Shown here piece by piece: positions 31,188 through 32,000 of a stretch of 32,000 nt of DNA. Numbering within the stretch: position 1 is the stretch's first letter; each line of letters begins with the position of its first letter. Both the position numbers and the translations under genes were made by a program. The DNA lies in contig NZ_AP024987.1 of NCBI RefSeq assembly GCF_020885515.1, positions 1,440,001-1,472,000 of the forward strand. The letters run 5' to 3'. The notes under the pieces are model-generated. The model saw nothing but the letters and a program-made list of their open reading frames with translations. It was not told the origin of the DNA and made no database searches. This stretch comes from a cyanobacterium endosymbiont of Braarudosphaera bigelowii. GTDB lineage: Bacteria; Cyanobacteriota; Cyanobacteriia; Cyanobacteriales; Microcystaceae.

Positions 31188-32000
31188 ATGAGAATAAAGA
31201 TTCCTAGCTTATCAGTTGTAGATCGTTATTTATTTTTAGAGCTATTATCACCTTTCCTCTTTGGAATGGGAATTTTCACTTCCTTAGGCTTATCTATTGG
31301 AACTTTGTTTGATTTAGTACGCCGAGTAACAGAGTCAGGATTAGTTTTAACAGTTGCCTTTCAGATTTTATTGTTAAAAATTCCAGGATTTTTAAGTTTG
31401 GCTTTTCCTATGGCTATACTATTAGCAGCTTTAATGGCGTATAGTCGCTTGTCTAGTGATAGTGAAATTATCGCTTTACGTAGTTTAGGCATAGGAATAT
31501 ATCGTCTAGTAGTTCCTGTAGTCATTTTCGGTTTCATAGTAACAGGATGTGCATTCATCGTTAATGACTGGATAGCTCCTGCTGCAACTCATAAAGCAGC
31601 CATAATATTAGAAGAAGCTGTTAATCAGAAACGTCCTGATTTTAAAAGACATAATATTGTTTATCCAGAATATAAAACCATTAAGGGAAAAAATGGTCAA
31701 GAATCTAATATCTTGACTCGGTTATTTCATGCTGAAGAATATAATGGTGAAGAGATGAAAGGTTTAACTATCTTAGACAGAACACAAGAAGGTGTTAATC
31801 AAATTGTTACCTCTGAGTCTGCAACTTGGAATATTTCAAGTAATACCTGGGACTTCTTTAACGGCACCATTTATCTTATTGCTCCAGACGGTTCATACCG
31901 TAACATTGTACGTTTCCAGCATCAGCAACTAGCATTACCCAAAGCTCCCTTAGATCTAGCAGGTCGCAGACAAAATTTTACTGAAATGACTATATCAGAA
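31188..32000 (+). CDS. LptF/LptG-type (YjgP/YjgQ family) permease, 3' end off the window
   Basis: Not in the ORF track. ATG at 31188 opens 271 codons without a stop: MRIKIPSLSVVDRYLFLELLSPFLFGMGIFTSLGLSIGTLFDLVRRVTESG...FPMAILLAALMAYSRLSSDSEIIALRSLGIGIYRLV. Downstream of lptA/lptB. Confidence 0.92.
   Translation, partial: MRIKIPSLSVVDRYLFLELLSPFLFGMGIFTSLGLSIGTLFDLVRRVTESGLVLTVAFQILLLKIPGFLSLAFPMAILLAALMAYSRLSSDSEIIALRSLGIGIYRLVVPVVIFGFIVTGCAFIVNDWIAPAATHKAAIILEEAVNQKRPDFKRHNIVYPEYKTIKGKNGQESNILTRLFHAEEYNGEEMKGLTILDRTQEGVNQIVTSESATWNISSNTWDFFNGTIYLIAPDGSYRNIVRFQHQQLALPKAPLDLAGRRQNFTEMTISE

Noticed and set aside
31361-31558. Minus-strand ORF of 65 aa
   Set aside because: Antisense to the truncated LptF/LptG-type permease, which reads open for 271 codons.
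1-32000. CRISPR arrays, transposases, integrases, phage genes, toxin-antitoxin or defence genes, tandem repeat arrays
   Set aside because: Reading the window and all supplied translations by eye revealed none; almost every sizeable ORF is a housekeeping or conserved cyanobacterial gene. Divergent or very short elements could be missed without HMM searches.

Overview
The window looks like ordinary core genome of an AT-rich, probably reduced, cyanobacterium. The protein set is cyanobacterial: RpaB-type regulator, CPP1-like J-domain-like protein, ndhD, a CRR6/DUF1817-like NDH-1 biogenesis factor, squalene-hopene cyclase, and an aspartokinase with four ACT domains. Low GC, long AT-rich intergenic gaps and a decaying ABC ATPase gene suggest a genome-reduced lineage such as the Crocosphaera-related UCYN-A or diatom spheroid bodies. 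That placement is inference and was not tested. I found no mobile elements, CRISPR arrays, phage genes, defence or toxin modules, or biosynthetic clusters, and nothing that amounts to a convincing new biological system. Items worth a second look: (1) prfB needs a +1 programmed frameshift at CTT TGA C; the supplied ORF misses the first 24 codons, and a perfect 6-bp hairpin sits directly upstream of the shift site. (2) A 28-bp perfect GC-rich inverted repeat follows ndhD. (3) A 23-bp perfect inverted repeat lies 3' of the alanine symporter gene. (4) Other hairpins sit at gene ends. (5) A single-nucleotide frameshift splits an ABC ATPase gene. (6) An RND permease is unusually short. (7) A small secreted Cys protein has unknown function. 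Two CDSs missing from the ORF track were recovered: the 5' end of thrB at the left edge and a truncated LptF/LptG-type permease at the right edge.
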